From: Pseudogymnoascus verrucosus
Lineage: Eukaryota
Assembly (NCBI GenBank): GCA_001662655.1
Contig: KV460211.1
DNA: 64,000 nt
Direction: 5' to 3' (one strand)
Position 1 is the stretch's first letter. Each line of letters begins with the position of its first letter. Positions 26,134 through 39,369 of the stretch are shown one piece after another. The position numbers and the translations under genes were made by a program. The notes below the pieces were generated by a model. It saw nothing but the letters and a program-made list of their open reading frames with translations. It had not been told where the DNA came from and searched no databases.

Positions 26134-26303
26134 CACGTGTGAGGATTCACGTGGGAACAGTCACGTGAATGTAATTGAGGAAAACATATTTGAGAAAAGA
26201 GGTTATGATTGTAAGTCTATCTGTTTCTTTTGCAGTGTATTCCGGCTTACAGTAAAGATAGGATGGAGGATTCGATATTTTTTTAAAGTCAAACATCCAC
26301 GTG
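26134..26303. promoter_or_regulatory. Cluster of four CACGTG E-boxes (bHLH/Cbf1-type) upstream of ATP16
   Basis: CACGTG at 26134, 26148, 26162 (exact 14-bp spacing) and 26298. Confidence 0.6.
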
Positions 26304-26849
26304 ACTAATTTCCAAAAATCTTTGAATCCCAACTTCACGCCTAACACACCAGGCACCCACAAACCGGGCCAACACCAAAACCAACAAAAAAACAGGCCTA
26401 CACCGCTCCCCGTACTCGCCTAACCCTCCTCGGCCACCGTACCCCCAACTTCAACCGCTATGACGAAATGCCCCATCGCCGGTTCACGGGCACTAGTCCC
26501 CAACCTCGATAGTGCCGTTGATGCTTCCTCCCTTAAAGCTCCGACGCAGAGCGATTCGCTGCCAAAAATGCCTCAAGCACAGGAATGGGGGTACGGTACG
26601 GAAGAAGAAGGGGACCCTTGGTGGCGTCGTTGCTTGCTTGCTTGCCGATCGATAAGTGTTTTTTGTGGCAGCTTGGCAATTTAAGAGGTAGGGGTCGTTG
26701 AGAGGTGGTTTGCAGGTGGGCATATGCTTGCTACATGCGCATTACAGCGTACAGGATACAGGATAGCTATTGCAGGATGGACAGCTCCTCCTGCGTTGTT
26801 CTATGGGCGACTGTGAATAAATAGATGCTGACTAGAGATGCAGTACAAC

Positions 26850-28395
<1,546 letters not shown>

Positions 28396-28744
28396 ACGGC
28401 GTTTGTGTGTGAGTGAGTTGGGAGAGAGAGAGGGAAGTCAGGCTATGAGATGGGGGAATGTATGACACGAATGGAATTGCAGCAAAGTGAGGTGGTGTAC
28501 AGTAGTGTAGTGTAGAAAGTGTAGAAGGAGGATGGGCAACACAAAGTATAGGATGAATAGGAGTGCCGAAGTGGGTGGCTGTAGATCTCTTGGTCACTGC
28601 AAAAAGTTCGATTTTATTATGGTGGTGGGCATGATTTTCTTCTCCGGCAGACAGAAGCCAGTGCTTTTTTTTTTTGCTGTAGGGGAGGAGGGTCGCACAT
28701 ACACACCAGTGACACAGAATGTGGCAAGAAACAGACGAAATGTA

Positions 28745-28945
28745 GTCAGCCAAGTCACTGGCCATATGATTTGTGGTGGGATGGTACAATTATTTGGTCA
28801 GCCAAGTCACTCGCTATATGAATTGTGGTGGGATGGTACAACGATGTGGTCAGCCAAGTCACTCACTATATGATTTGTGGTGGGATGGTACAATCATTTG
28901 GTCAGCCAAGTCACCACCCATATGATTTGTGGTGGCCTGGTACAA
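28745..28945. repeat. 52-bp minisatellite, about 4 copies
   Basis: Unit gtcagccaagtcac-N6-tatgatttgtggtgggatggtacaa-N7 starts at 28745, 28797, 28849 and 28901. Confidence 0.95.
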
Positions 28946-30611
28946 GCTTGGCGGGCTTAGCAGTGTGCACGAGGGAGGTCCAGCAGTGTCTGGTGGGCTG
29001 TGGGAGGGCTGGCGTCGTGTGCTGTGATTACGTTTAGTCAGCGGTTGCCCCAATTGCCCCAATAAGCCCCAATAGTCCCCTAATAGTCCCCAACAGAAGG
29101 GCTTGGGGGTGGTGGAAGGTGGAAAGGAAAAGAAAATTTTCAGATTGGAGCAAAAGCAGTGGTGGTGACATGTTCGGGAGTGTTGGCTGGGTGTTTGCCA
29201 ACTGTTTGCCATGGCCGGAGGGAGATGGAGAGTACGTACTTTTGTGGTAATGGAGTGTGTTAGAGTGGGTGTAGATTTTAGCTGTAGAGACCGTAGAGAC
29301 CAGTATAATTCTTGTAATATGTGGGATGTGGGCTTCTGAGGAGGGAGCAGCAGACGGAGCAGACGGAGCAGACAGTCAACAGATAGACCAAGGTACAGCT
29401 AGCACCCGGGTAGGGTAGGGAGTAGGGAGGCGACTTTACGACTCTCTACCGATTGTATATTCTCTACGGCTAGTGATGTAGATTCACACTCAAATCAGCG
29501 TGGACGGTACTTGCAACAGCCCTTAGCCCTGTTGGATCTACGTGTAACTTTAGAGAGGTGCAAAGTATCTATAGTAGTTGGACACTAACCAGTGGTGCGA
29601 GTAGGGAGAAGAGAAAGAGCAGGAGGGCAGGAGGGCAGGAGGGCAGGAGGGCAGGCAATCGCACCCTTTTACGCCCTGGCCACCCTTGTTCCGATGCTCA
29701 TCCCACTCTTTTTACTCTACCACCACCCACTGCCACCACCACCACCCACTGCCACCCACCATCCACCCTACACCACCCTACCATCAAAAACCCCCCCCGC
29801 TCACCTGCACAGTGCACACAACGCCGCCCCCCTTCGCCCCACTCTCACCCGCCTACGAAAGAAGCCCCATACCCATAGTAGCCCATTTCACAAACACAAA
29901 GAACATCCTTAATCCTTGCTGCCCTCTTCTGAACCCCCATACCCGTCCTCTATATCCCACGCTCCCCACGCTCCTTTGAATCTACCAACCCTCACACCTT
30001 CATTCTCTCCAAATCAACTTCCTCAAACTCCTCAACTCACGCTGCAAACGGTTGCCACCTCTAGCATCCTCTCCTCGCACTCTTATCAACATTGTCGAGA
30101 GACATAATTGAGACATCACCAATTTGCCAAGGGCTTGGGTTCTTACATTTCACCAGCACCGCCACCAATCGATCGTCATCTGGGGATACAGAACCGGAGG
30201 ATCACCTTTGCTCAACGGTCTTCAACGGTCATCCGCGCGTACGATCAACACATTTTCGGCCTCAGCCAAGATTTTGCTCTTATCTACGTCCTTTTGAACG
30301 ACGCAAATAGCCCTTTGGATCATTAATCCATATCCGCAATGTCGAGGAACCTATTATAGCACAACGGTCCTCAGGGACGCCCCAAAGTATAGTATAACTC
30401 GACGACGAGCACATACATACCACTCCGACGACTATAAAAGCGTCAGGCGGTCTTTTTGTCTCCATATCTCAGCAGACACCATTTCAGCCTTACAACGCAC
30501 TGTTCGAACTTGTCTTGCTGCGGAGCATATCTTGCTATCATATAGCCTTATAACAAGCGACGACGCTGTTACAGACTCTTTATATTCACATCATCAAGAC
30601 CTCTAGCAACA

Positions 30612-32996
30612 ATGCCGAGAGATACTGTTCGCCTCCTCGACGAGGACGACCTCATCAGATGGCGCGAAGGAACCATGACGGCCCTCCCTTCAAAGGACGA
30701 GCCCGGAGGTGCCCACGACGCCATCACCCATTCCAACCTCTCCTCTGCGAAACTACCAACCCTCACCGACTTCCACAAGGCCAACATCCAGCTTCGGGCC
30801 GATACCAAGACATCACTACTCACAAAGGCGCTGCAGCCAAGCCAAGACGATAACAACGATGAGACCTACATGGCCATTGATATGGCACGCAACCGTTCGT
30901 CGAGAAGCACAACGAGCAGCGCATCCACGGCAGATCTCACTTCCGATGGAGGCCTCACCAGCCCTACACGAACAAGCACTCCGAGTCCCCCGTTTCCACC
31001 TTCCAGTTACATGTCCTTGGCACCTTATACGTTAGGACCTAAACTGTCACAAACCGCATTCGCCCGGACACAGCAGAAGGGTCAGGACCCCGCCCTAGCG
31101 CAACAGGTGGCAGCGGCGGCCGTTCCGAAACCCGATCCTGCTGTGGAAGCTCTCGTCAAGAAGCGATGCATCTCATTTGCTTGTGCTGCTCAGAAGCCGC
31201 TCGACTTCATCAAGTCAACACCTTCCACCACCCATGCCAAGAACGCAACTAGTACGACGACGACAACTGCGCCAAAACGCACAATCAAATTTGCCTGTAA
31301 CGGCCCGCAACCAGATAGGCAGGCCGTTAAGGTCGTTGAACCTGCCAAGATCGCTCGGCTCACAGCCACTCCTGCGTCCCCAGCCAAGCCTGGACGTCAC
31401 ACCATCCGGTCGCCTACGTTGTCGAGAAAACTGCGCTCTTCCACACCTCAGCCGAAGGCTCACCGTGATTCGACATCGACCATTCGTCGGGCGTCACAGA
31501 GCCCAGCTGCGGTGCGCAGCCGCAAGCCGAAATACATCGTTGCTGACGAGGAGGCCCTCGAGTCATCTGAAGCTACGCGTTTCCACGAGTTTGCTAGCGA
31601 TGAGCCGCAGGAGGATGACTGGATTCGCAAGGACACGTCTACCATCAAGGGAAAGCTGACCATTCACGACACCCTCAAGAAGGAAAACGCCATCCGGCAG
31701 CTTGGCAAGGAAGCTGAGGAGGAGGCTCTTGAGGATGACGAGGATGATGATGATGATGACGAGGGGAACGACGATGACGATGACGATGAGAACGATGATG
31801 ACGACGACGACGACGATGAGGACGACGATGAGGATGATGAGGATGATGAGGATGACAACACCGTGGATGGCTCGGATGTTGACCTTGACGCCTCCGACGG
31901 CAACGAGACCGATAACGAGGCCGGATTCGCAGACTCAGATGAGGAAAGCGACCGTGGCGGAGAATTCCACTTCTGGTCTCCTGGGATGTCGACTGGCGAG
32001 GCCAGCGCATTCAGGTCGACAGGTCGCAGAGCACCGTCCGAGTCATCCATCGATTCTCTGAGCCACATGAGCCCCACTCTCAATAGAAAGGGAGGGCCCC
32101 GCAAATCAAAGGGAACCCGCAAGATCAGGATTCGCCCTGGCACTCCTGATCTTCCTGACAGCACTGACTTCGTCTGTGGTACTCTTGACGAGGACAGGCC
32201 GTTGGAAGAGGCCTACGTCTCCTGCATGGAAGCCCGCAAGCGCGAGAAGCGCCACGTCATTCCCCAAGACATCGATCCTAGTTTCCCCACCTCCGATCCC
32301 GAGGACGAGGAAGACGAGAACGACGAAGCGGAGAAGCCAAACGATAGCGACGAGGGTATCTGGCTTCATGGCAAGTTTGAGGACTCGGAATCCGAAACCC
32401 GCCACAGACGAAGCCGCACTCGCAAGTCTCCCAAGCACTCTCCGAAACGTCTCGTCTCGCCGCCTCCGCAGAAATACCGTTCTCCTCCAGCAACGACTAC
32501 ACGTCGCTCTCCTCGCCTCCGCTCCCCTCCACCTCGTCGCGCTAAGTCGCCGCCGCCGCGCCGCGCGAAGTCACCACCTCCAGCTCGTGCTCGCGCCGTC
32601 AAGTGGCCAACGGCATCAGCTAGCATTTCCTTCGCGCCCATACCCAACCGCCCGGACCCTACACACACCAAGTCCCTCCCCCGCCGCCCTAACGCATTCT
32701 GCCAACAATACCGCGCCGCGCAGCTCGCCTTTGCGAATGACGAGGATAACGATAATAACACCGATGGGTATACCCGCGGCGCTATCGATATTGTCAAAGG
32801 CCTAGAGCAGAAGAGGCAGAGGAGGAAGGATAAGTTCTTCTCGAAGCTGTGTAATCGCGCACGCAAGGGGCAGCAGGTGGAACGCAGACCGCAGCCCGGG
32901 AAGGGGGCGGAGAGGATGAGGGAATTGGGATTGCAGATGGCGGGGAAGACGGTGGATTATAGAGGGGCGAATGCGGAGTACGTTTTGTCGGTTTGA
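30612..32996 (+). CDS. DUF2457-like conserved fungal protein (acidic tract, SP/SPP repeats), 794 aa
   Basis: Intronless ORF. Blocks recognised from memory: RFHEFAS..EDDWI, PDSTDFVCGTLDEDRPLEEAY..PQDIDPSFPTSDPE, RGAIDIVKGLE, KGAERMRELGL. Confidence 0.82.
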   Translation: MPRDTVRLLDEDDLIRWREGTMTALPSKDEPGGAHDAITHSNLSSAKLPTLTDFHKANIQLRADTKTSLLTKALQPSQDDNNDETYMAIDMARNRSSRSTTSSASTADLTSDGGLTSPTRTSTPSPPFPPSSYMSLAPYTLGPKLSQTAFARTQQKGQDPALAQQVAAAAVPKPDPAVEALVKKRCISFACAAQKPLDFIKSTPSTTHAKNATSTTTTTAPKRTIKFACNGPQPDRQAVKVVEPAKIARLTATPASPAKPGRHTIRSPTLSRKLRSSTPQPKAHRDSTSTIRRASQSPAAVRSRKPKYIVADEEALESSEATRFHEFASDEPQEDDWIRKDTSTIKGKLTIHDTLKKENAIRQLGKEAEEEALEDDEDDDDDDEGNDDDDDDENDDDDDDDDEDDDEDDEDDEDDNTVDGSDVDLDASDGNETDNEAGFADSDEESDRGGEFHFWSPGMSTGEASAFRSTGRRAPSESSIDSLSHMSPTLNRKGGPRKSKGTRKIRIRPGTPDLPDSTDFVCGTLDEDRPLEEAYVSCMEARKREKRHVIPQDIDPSFPTSDPEDEEDENDEAEKPNDSDEGIWLHGKFEDSESETRHRRSRTRKSPKHSPKRLVSPPPQKYRSPPATTTRRSPRLRSPPPRRAKSPPPRRAKSPPPARARAVKWPTASASISFAPIPNRPDPTHTKSLPRRPNAFCQQYRAAQLAFANDEDNDNNTDGYTRGAIDIVKGLEQKRQRRKDKFFSKLCNRARKGQQVERRPQPGKGAERMRELGLQMAGKTVDYRGANAEYVLSV

Positions 32997-34103
32997 GGAC
33001 GACGACGACGCACATCATCTACGACTTTCGATCATCAATCACCATACCATACGACATATACCTTTTTACAAAACTACACAACTTTAATGTAGATACCACC
33101 AACTACTTTTCTTCACAACACAACAACACAAGATAATTCTCTCCCACCCCCCACCACACCGGGGACTGGTCAACAAACTTGTACATACACATTACTACCA
33201 TTTCTACCAACTCCGTTTCAACACAACACGCATACCACCAATATTTACGGGGGTGCAAGTGGCAGGCTTTACAAGGACTCTTTTCTTCAGCAGTTCGCCG
33301 CCAGTAACACGATTTTTTTTCTTCATTTAGCGATTATTTCTTTTCTCAAACAAACCAGGAGTGGATGGATACTTGGGACTGAAAATTAAAGTCCATGGAT
33401 TGAGGCATTGCAAGCGCGGGGCGAGGGGGTTTGGTTTGCATAGCTAGCGGATGGATGGCGTGGGGTTTTTTTTGTACCTTCCGAGAGAGAGGGGGGGAGG
33501 GCGTTGGATGAGGAGGCCCTGTTTTTGAGGTGGAATATATATGTTTTACCGCATTTTTGATGGTGTTCTGTGGTGTAAGAGTGACTGTGAATTGTGATTG
33601 TGAGGTGTTTGATGCGATGATGGGTTGTGCGTATGTGTAAGTGTCGTTGACAGAGCTGTACTATCCATCTAGTAGGTGTGTGAATACACGTCGTCTCTGG
33701 AAATGTAAAAGCCAACACTCAAAACCCCGAGATTCCCACGCACCTGTTCCTCGTCAGAGCTAGTTAAACCTAGACGAGACGGTCTTGGGATGATGACCTG
33801 TTCTAAGCGTTTCGTTTTCTCAGTCACTGGGGACGGACGACATACTCACCCGGCTAGAAACGTATAAATTCACATTCCATCTCGTTTCTTTCACTCCTCT
33901 ATCAACCTTACCTCTGACGTGAACTCACCACCACCACCAACCTTTCAACCTTCCTTTCAACTACACGCTTCACCACCGCATAATATCAACTCCATACACA
34001 CACACACACGCACGCACGTTCACCTACCACCACTACCACCGTGGAAATTCCACGTGATAAGACCACCCACGCGAAGAATCACATCCTCCTCACTGTTGCA
34101 ACG

Positions 34104-34738
34104 ATGATAACACTCACAAGCGTCCGTCCCCCCCCCCCTCCCAATTCTCCTCCTCCCACTCTTCCCTTCCTCCTCCCCCCCTCCCTTCCTCCCTCCTCCC
34201 TTCACCCCTCCACTCACCCACAAACTAACACCACACCCCCCCAGCTCCTAAAACTCATCCGCACCTCCGACGCCCAGACCATCACCATCCTCGCCGACAA
34301 AATCATCCACCCGGCTGATAAGGCAGATTTCGAGCTCGGGAAGGGGAGTTTGTGGGTTAGTGAGAGGGTTAGTTGGAGGAGGGAACTTGCGCTTGCGCTG
34401 GGGTATGGGTGTGGGGGTGTTGAGAGGGGTGAGGTGAGGATTTCCCCGTTACCTTATCTTTTGACTTTGGATAGCTGGCTTGCTGGCTGGTTGGGATGGT
34501 CTTTTATTTGGAAACGGAGAGAGGGCTAACAGAAACACAGCAAGCGGTGGAATCCAACAAAGCGAGTCAATGGGTTAAATCCTCCGCCGACCAACGCCGC
34601 GATCTCCTGCTGCAGAAGGTGATGATGGCGGAGGTTGTGCAGGAGTACCTCTATATGCTCAATGAGGAGGGTGATGATGTGGAGTGGGTTGTTAAGGATG
34701 GGGCGTGGGGGAGGGTGTTTAAGATTCAGACTTATTAA
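34104..34738 (+). CDS. Small hypothetical protein (about 108 aa)
   Basis: Exons 34104-34121, 34245-34355, 34541-34738. Introns GTCCGT..CTAAC..CAG and GTTAGT..GCTAAC..CAG join in frame. Confidence 0.6.
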
Positions 34739-35207
34739 GGGACCTGGGTATCTGTTTGCCTGGATGGAATTTTATCGGGTTTGACCAGGATGGAATTGGG
34801 AGAAGGAGTTCTGGGATTGTGAAATCAGAGGTGCTTTGTTTGTTAGGGGCTCTTGTGAGCGTTTGAGTGTGAGAAGGTGGAGGAGGGTGTTTGTTACAGG
34901 GAAATGTCATAAGGCGGACGGACGCTAATGCACCCCACATTCCGCTAAAGTAACTGGCCCGTGCGTTCCTGCCCGAACAGATGAAGTCGTCATTGCATGT
35001 TGTAGGGATTGGGTCGGTCGTACCTTCCCTGTGTGAGGTTTACTAGTTTACTTTTATGAATGGAAGTTAGTTACCTCTTCTTTTGACTGATCCGGTTTTC
35101 GAATTTGATGATGTGGTGAAGGGAGGTTAGGGCTTGTATTTCGCTGGATCTGAAGTGAATGTGAGAACAGACAGTCGACACCCACTGGACTAAGAACAAT
35201 GCGAGCC

Positions 35208-37807
35208 ATGATGTGGAAGAAGTACCTAGCTGCTTCAGCGCTGGCGATGGGGGCTGCTGTGGATGCCTCGACGCTGACGCCGCCGGTGTTGCCGCTGGTG
35301 GTGAGGAATCCATATTTGAGTCTTTGGCTTGGGAATGCGAGGGGGGATCCGTGGGAGCAGTGGCCTATGTTTTATACTGGGGCGCAGGTAGGTGGTGCTC
35401 ATACTGCGAGGTTTGGGGGTTTAGCTGATGGTTGTGGTAGGTTGGGTTGTCTGTGATGGCGGCGTTGCCGGAGAGTGGGTTGGTGTATCCGTTGTTGGGG
35501 AGGCCGCATGATAGTCTGTATGGTTGAGCTCTGGTCTTGTTGTCAATATTCTGTTCGTGGCTAATGTTTGTGCAGAAGTACGCAGGTTACGTTTCCGATA
35601 TATGAAGGCTCCAATTATGACGCTTCTACGACAAACCTTACGTATAACATACAAGGGGGAGTTAAAGACGAGAAAGCAACTGTTATTCTATCCTTCATCT
35701 CGCCGATAACGCCAACATCAACGTTCAGGCAGTCCATGCCAGCATCCTACATCAAGATCTACGTCGAGGGGAACTTTGACCTATCTATCTACATAGACAT
35801 CAACGGACAATGGATCAGCGGCGACGACGGAAGCAGGATCCAATGGGAGCTCTCCCCGCCCCAAGCCCAGGACCTCGGATCCCGCCCCCTCAAGACCTGG
35901 AAAATCCGCAGATCAGAGGAAGAGCAGTTAAAAGAGAAGAATGACCGCGCGGAATGGGGAACTTTGCATTTCACCGGCCCAGCAGAGGCGAATCATGAAT
36001 CCGGAACTGCTTTCAACATGCGAAACCGGTTTAAGAATACAGGAGCGCTACGTAATGCTACGGATGGGAACTTTCGGAATATTAATCAGGATGAGCCGGT
36101 CTTTGCGTTTTCGAAGGATTTTAAGCTGAAGGGCACTACTTCAAAGTCTATGAGAAAGTTGTCGCGGGATAGTATTTTGTTTACGATTGCGCATATACAG
36201 GATCCTGTTGTTCAGTTCGCGGCGGCGAGGGGGTTGACTCTGATGAGGCCGTTGTGGGCGTCTTGGTTTGAAACGGCGCATTCGATGATTAGCCATCACT
36301 ATTTGGACTTTAAGAAGTCGTCTAAACTTGCCTCTGAATACTCTGAGCAGTTGGCAGTGGATGCTCTCAAATCCGGCTCAGAAAACTATAAAGACATCGT
36401 TGCTCTCTCAGCTCGCCAAGTCATGGGCGCCACGAGTTTTTCAGGGACCGCTGAGAACCCTTTGATCTTCCTCAAAGAGATCTCTTCAAATGGGGACTTC
36501 CAAACCGTCGATGTTATTTTCCCAGCCTTCCCGTTCTTTCTGTATACCAACCCGAGGTGGCTGGCGTACCTGCTGGAGCCGCTGCTTGAGCATCAGTTGA
36601 GCGGTCAGTATCCGAACAAGTATAGCATGCATGATATTGGTACTTTCCCCATTGGGAAAGGGTATGCGGATGGGAATGACGAGTATATGCCCCTGGAGGA
36701 ATGTGGTAATATGCTCATTATGGGACTTGCGCTGGTGAATTCCTTGGGTGATACTTCGGATCCTCCTGCGCTACTGGGGTCGTTGGGTGACCATTCCGAT
36801 GTTGCTTCTGGAGGCGTATTCCCGCTGAGTTCTCGCATCGATAGGTTTGATAGTGCATGGGGAAGCACTAGAGACAAGACGCAGGTTCAGAGTTGGCTGA
36901 AGAAGTCATATGGGCTGTGGAAACAATGGACGGAATATCTTGTGGAGGAAGCGTTGATCCCGACAAACCAACTGTCAACTGATGATTTCGCCGGCTGGCT
37001 TGCTAACCAGACCAACTTGGCGCTCAAGGGCATCATTGGGATTAGAGCTATGAGTGGGATCTCGGAAGCTGTCGGCGAGAGCAAAGACGCGGCGTATTAC
37101 CGGGAGGTATCAGAGGATTATATCGAGAAATGGCAAGATTACGGGGTTTCGAAAGATGGGACTCATGCTAAGATTTCGTATACTTGGTATGGTTCCTGGA
37201 CTACGATTTATAACTTGTTCGCGGACTCGCTCTTGTGCTTCCATCTACCTGATACAACTAGCTCTCCATTGGGTTTGAGTCAATCTGACACTCAGAAGCC
37301 TATTGGACATGACCGGAAAGGAAAGTCGAGAACTGCTTTTATCGATGAGAAGATTTATAAGATGCAAAGCGACTGGTATCACAATGTGATGCAGAAATAC
37401 GGCCTCCCGCTCGATAGCAGACACCTCTATACCAAGAGCGACTGGCAGTTTTTTGCTGCGGCGGTAGCGAGCAAGAAAGTCAGGACGGAGATTGTGGAGA
37501 GTATTGCGCTTTGGGTTAATGAGACTGTTACTGGTATGGATATGCGTTTGCACCCCCGTCTTCGCTCAAGCGCTAATGGAGAACGACAGACCGACCTCTC
37601 ACGGACCTTTATGAAACCGAGGGAGAGGGCGATTTTCCGGGACCGCATTTCTTTGCGAGGCCGGTGGTTGGTGGTCATTTTGCGTTTCTGGCTTTGGAGA
37701 GAGCTTGTGGTGGGAAGGCTGTTGAGGGACTGAACTTCTTGAATGAAGTGGACTTTGATGAGGAAGATCGGGAAGAACCTGTGTTGCCAAAGGTTGACGA
37801 GCTCTGA
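35208..37807 (+). CDS. GtaA-like glutaminase family protein (alpha/alpha-toroid), secretory pathway
   Basis: Exons 35208-35387, 35441-35517, 35576-37533, 37590-37807. Signal peptide; PPVLPLVVRNPYLS, FLKEISSNGDFQTVDVIFP, MPLEECGNM, QLSTDDFAG, YTKSDW, ARPVVGGHFA. Confidence 0.92.
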
Positions 37808-38257
37808 TTGGTCGTCTCATTGCTTATACATAGCCTTTTCTTTGAAAGGAATTAGGAATATTTTAATGCTAAAATGGTATAATAAAGGAAAGTTGAAAGA
37901 ACAATGGGTGCTATGTTTCTCAAATCTATTGTTTACTGGCGATAACAAGGGGTAAATATACCATCACGTGACCACGGGATTCGCGTACACTAGCGTTGCG
38001 CTAAAAGGTCCGTTTAACTTGGAAATACGCCGATGAACGCGGCTCGTTCTATTTTCCTCCCAAACTCCATCTCTTTCTTTGATCTTTATCTACTCGAGGA
38101 CGAGTCAACCCATCGGAAACTTGGATCATATCGAGTTTCTGTCTCTTTGATAATACTAATACCTGGTTCGTGATTAGAACACGCTCGAGGTTCCCGTCGC
38201 ATTTGTTGACAGATATTCAGCTACGCCATCCCTTTCGTCAGCAACTTAATAATCAAC

Positions 38258-39369
38258 ATGGCTTCCATGGATTACGAGAACGAGAACGGCACTCGTGGAT
38301 ACGAGGGTACGTTCAATCATTACAATCGCGCCGCCGAACCTTAATGAGACAATGATTCTAACTCATACTCCTTCAGACGAGGCTCCTCGTTACGAGCAAC
38401 GCGACCGCAGCGCCTCGCCACGCCCCCGTCGCCAGGACAGCCCTCGCCGTCGCTCTGCCTCCCCAGGTGGCAACGGGCAGGTCGATTCTAGGTAGGCCAC
38501 TTATATACCCATTATTTGCGCAACTATCCTAACTAACAGACCACCAAGTGGCCCCAAGAACGACCGTGGCGGACCTCCTCCCCAGGATGATGGCGCCGTC
38601 AACCCCGGATCCAACCTTTTCGTCACCGGTATCCACCCCCGTCTTTCCGAGGCCGAGGTCACTCGCCTGTTCGAGAAGTACGGTGAGGTCGAGAAGTGCC
38701 AGATCATGCTTGACCCCCACACCAAGGAGTCCCGTGGATTCGGATTCGTCAAGATGGTCACTGCCGACCAGGCCGACGCTGCCAAGGAGGGCCTCCAAGG
38801 TGAAGTCATCGAGGGCCGCACCTTGAGCATCGAGAAGGCTAGGCGCTCCCGCCCACGCACCCCAACCCCCGGCAAGTACTTTGGTCCACCAAAGAGAGGC
38901 AAGTGAAGTCCGATCCCTGTATCTTACACAATTAACTAAAACCTCAGAAGACGACCCTCGCGGCCCCCCACCCGGAAGATGGGGCGACCGCTACGATGAC
39001 CGCCGCCGCGGTGGATTCCGTGACGACCCTTACAGCTACCGTGGATCCCGCGGTGATGACCGTGGTGACCGCGGATACGGACGCCGCGACCGCGACGACT
39101 ACGCTCCCCGTGGAATCGACCGTTACGGAGGTGGCCGCGACGACCGCTACGGTGGACGTGATGACCGCCGTGGCGGTGGTGGCGGTTACTCTGATCGCTA
39201 CGACCGTGGCGACCGCGGTGAACGTGGTGGAGATCGCGATGGTGGACGCTCATCCCGTGATGCAGCTCCACCAGCCGCCTATGGTGACCCAGCCCCTCGC
39301 GGAGAAGCTCGGGAGCCATACGGAGGTAGATACAACGATGATGAGAAATACTCCCATCGTGGCTATTGA
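38258..39369 (+). CDS. RRM-containing SR/Tra2-like RNA-binding protein
   Basis: Exons 38258-38306, 38377-38491, 38549 (or 38540)-38898, 38948-39369; third intron is GC-AG. RNP2 LFVTGI, RNP1 RGFGFV, RPRTPTPGKY and an RD/RG-rich tail. Confidence 0.88.

Noticed and set aside
26420..26427. CTAACCCT as the TTAGGG telomerase template
   Set aside because: It lies outside the helices enclosing the pseudoknot and has no adjacent boundary helix. Demoted to an alternative, not excluded.
28745..28945. CRISPR-like array
   Set aside because: Variable parts are only 6-7 nt, the context is eukaryotic and there are no cas genes; it is a minisatellite.
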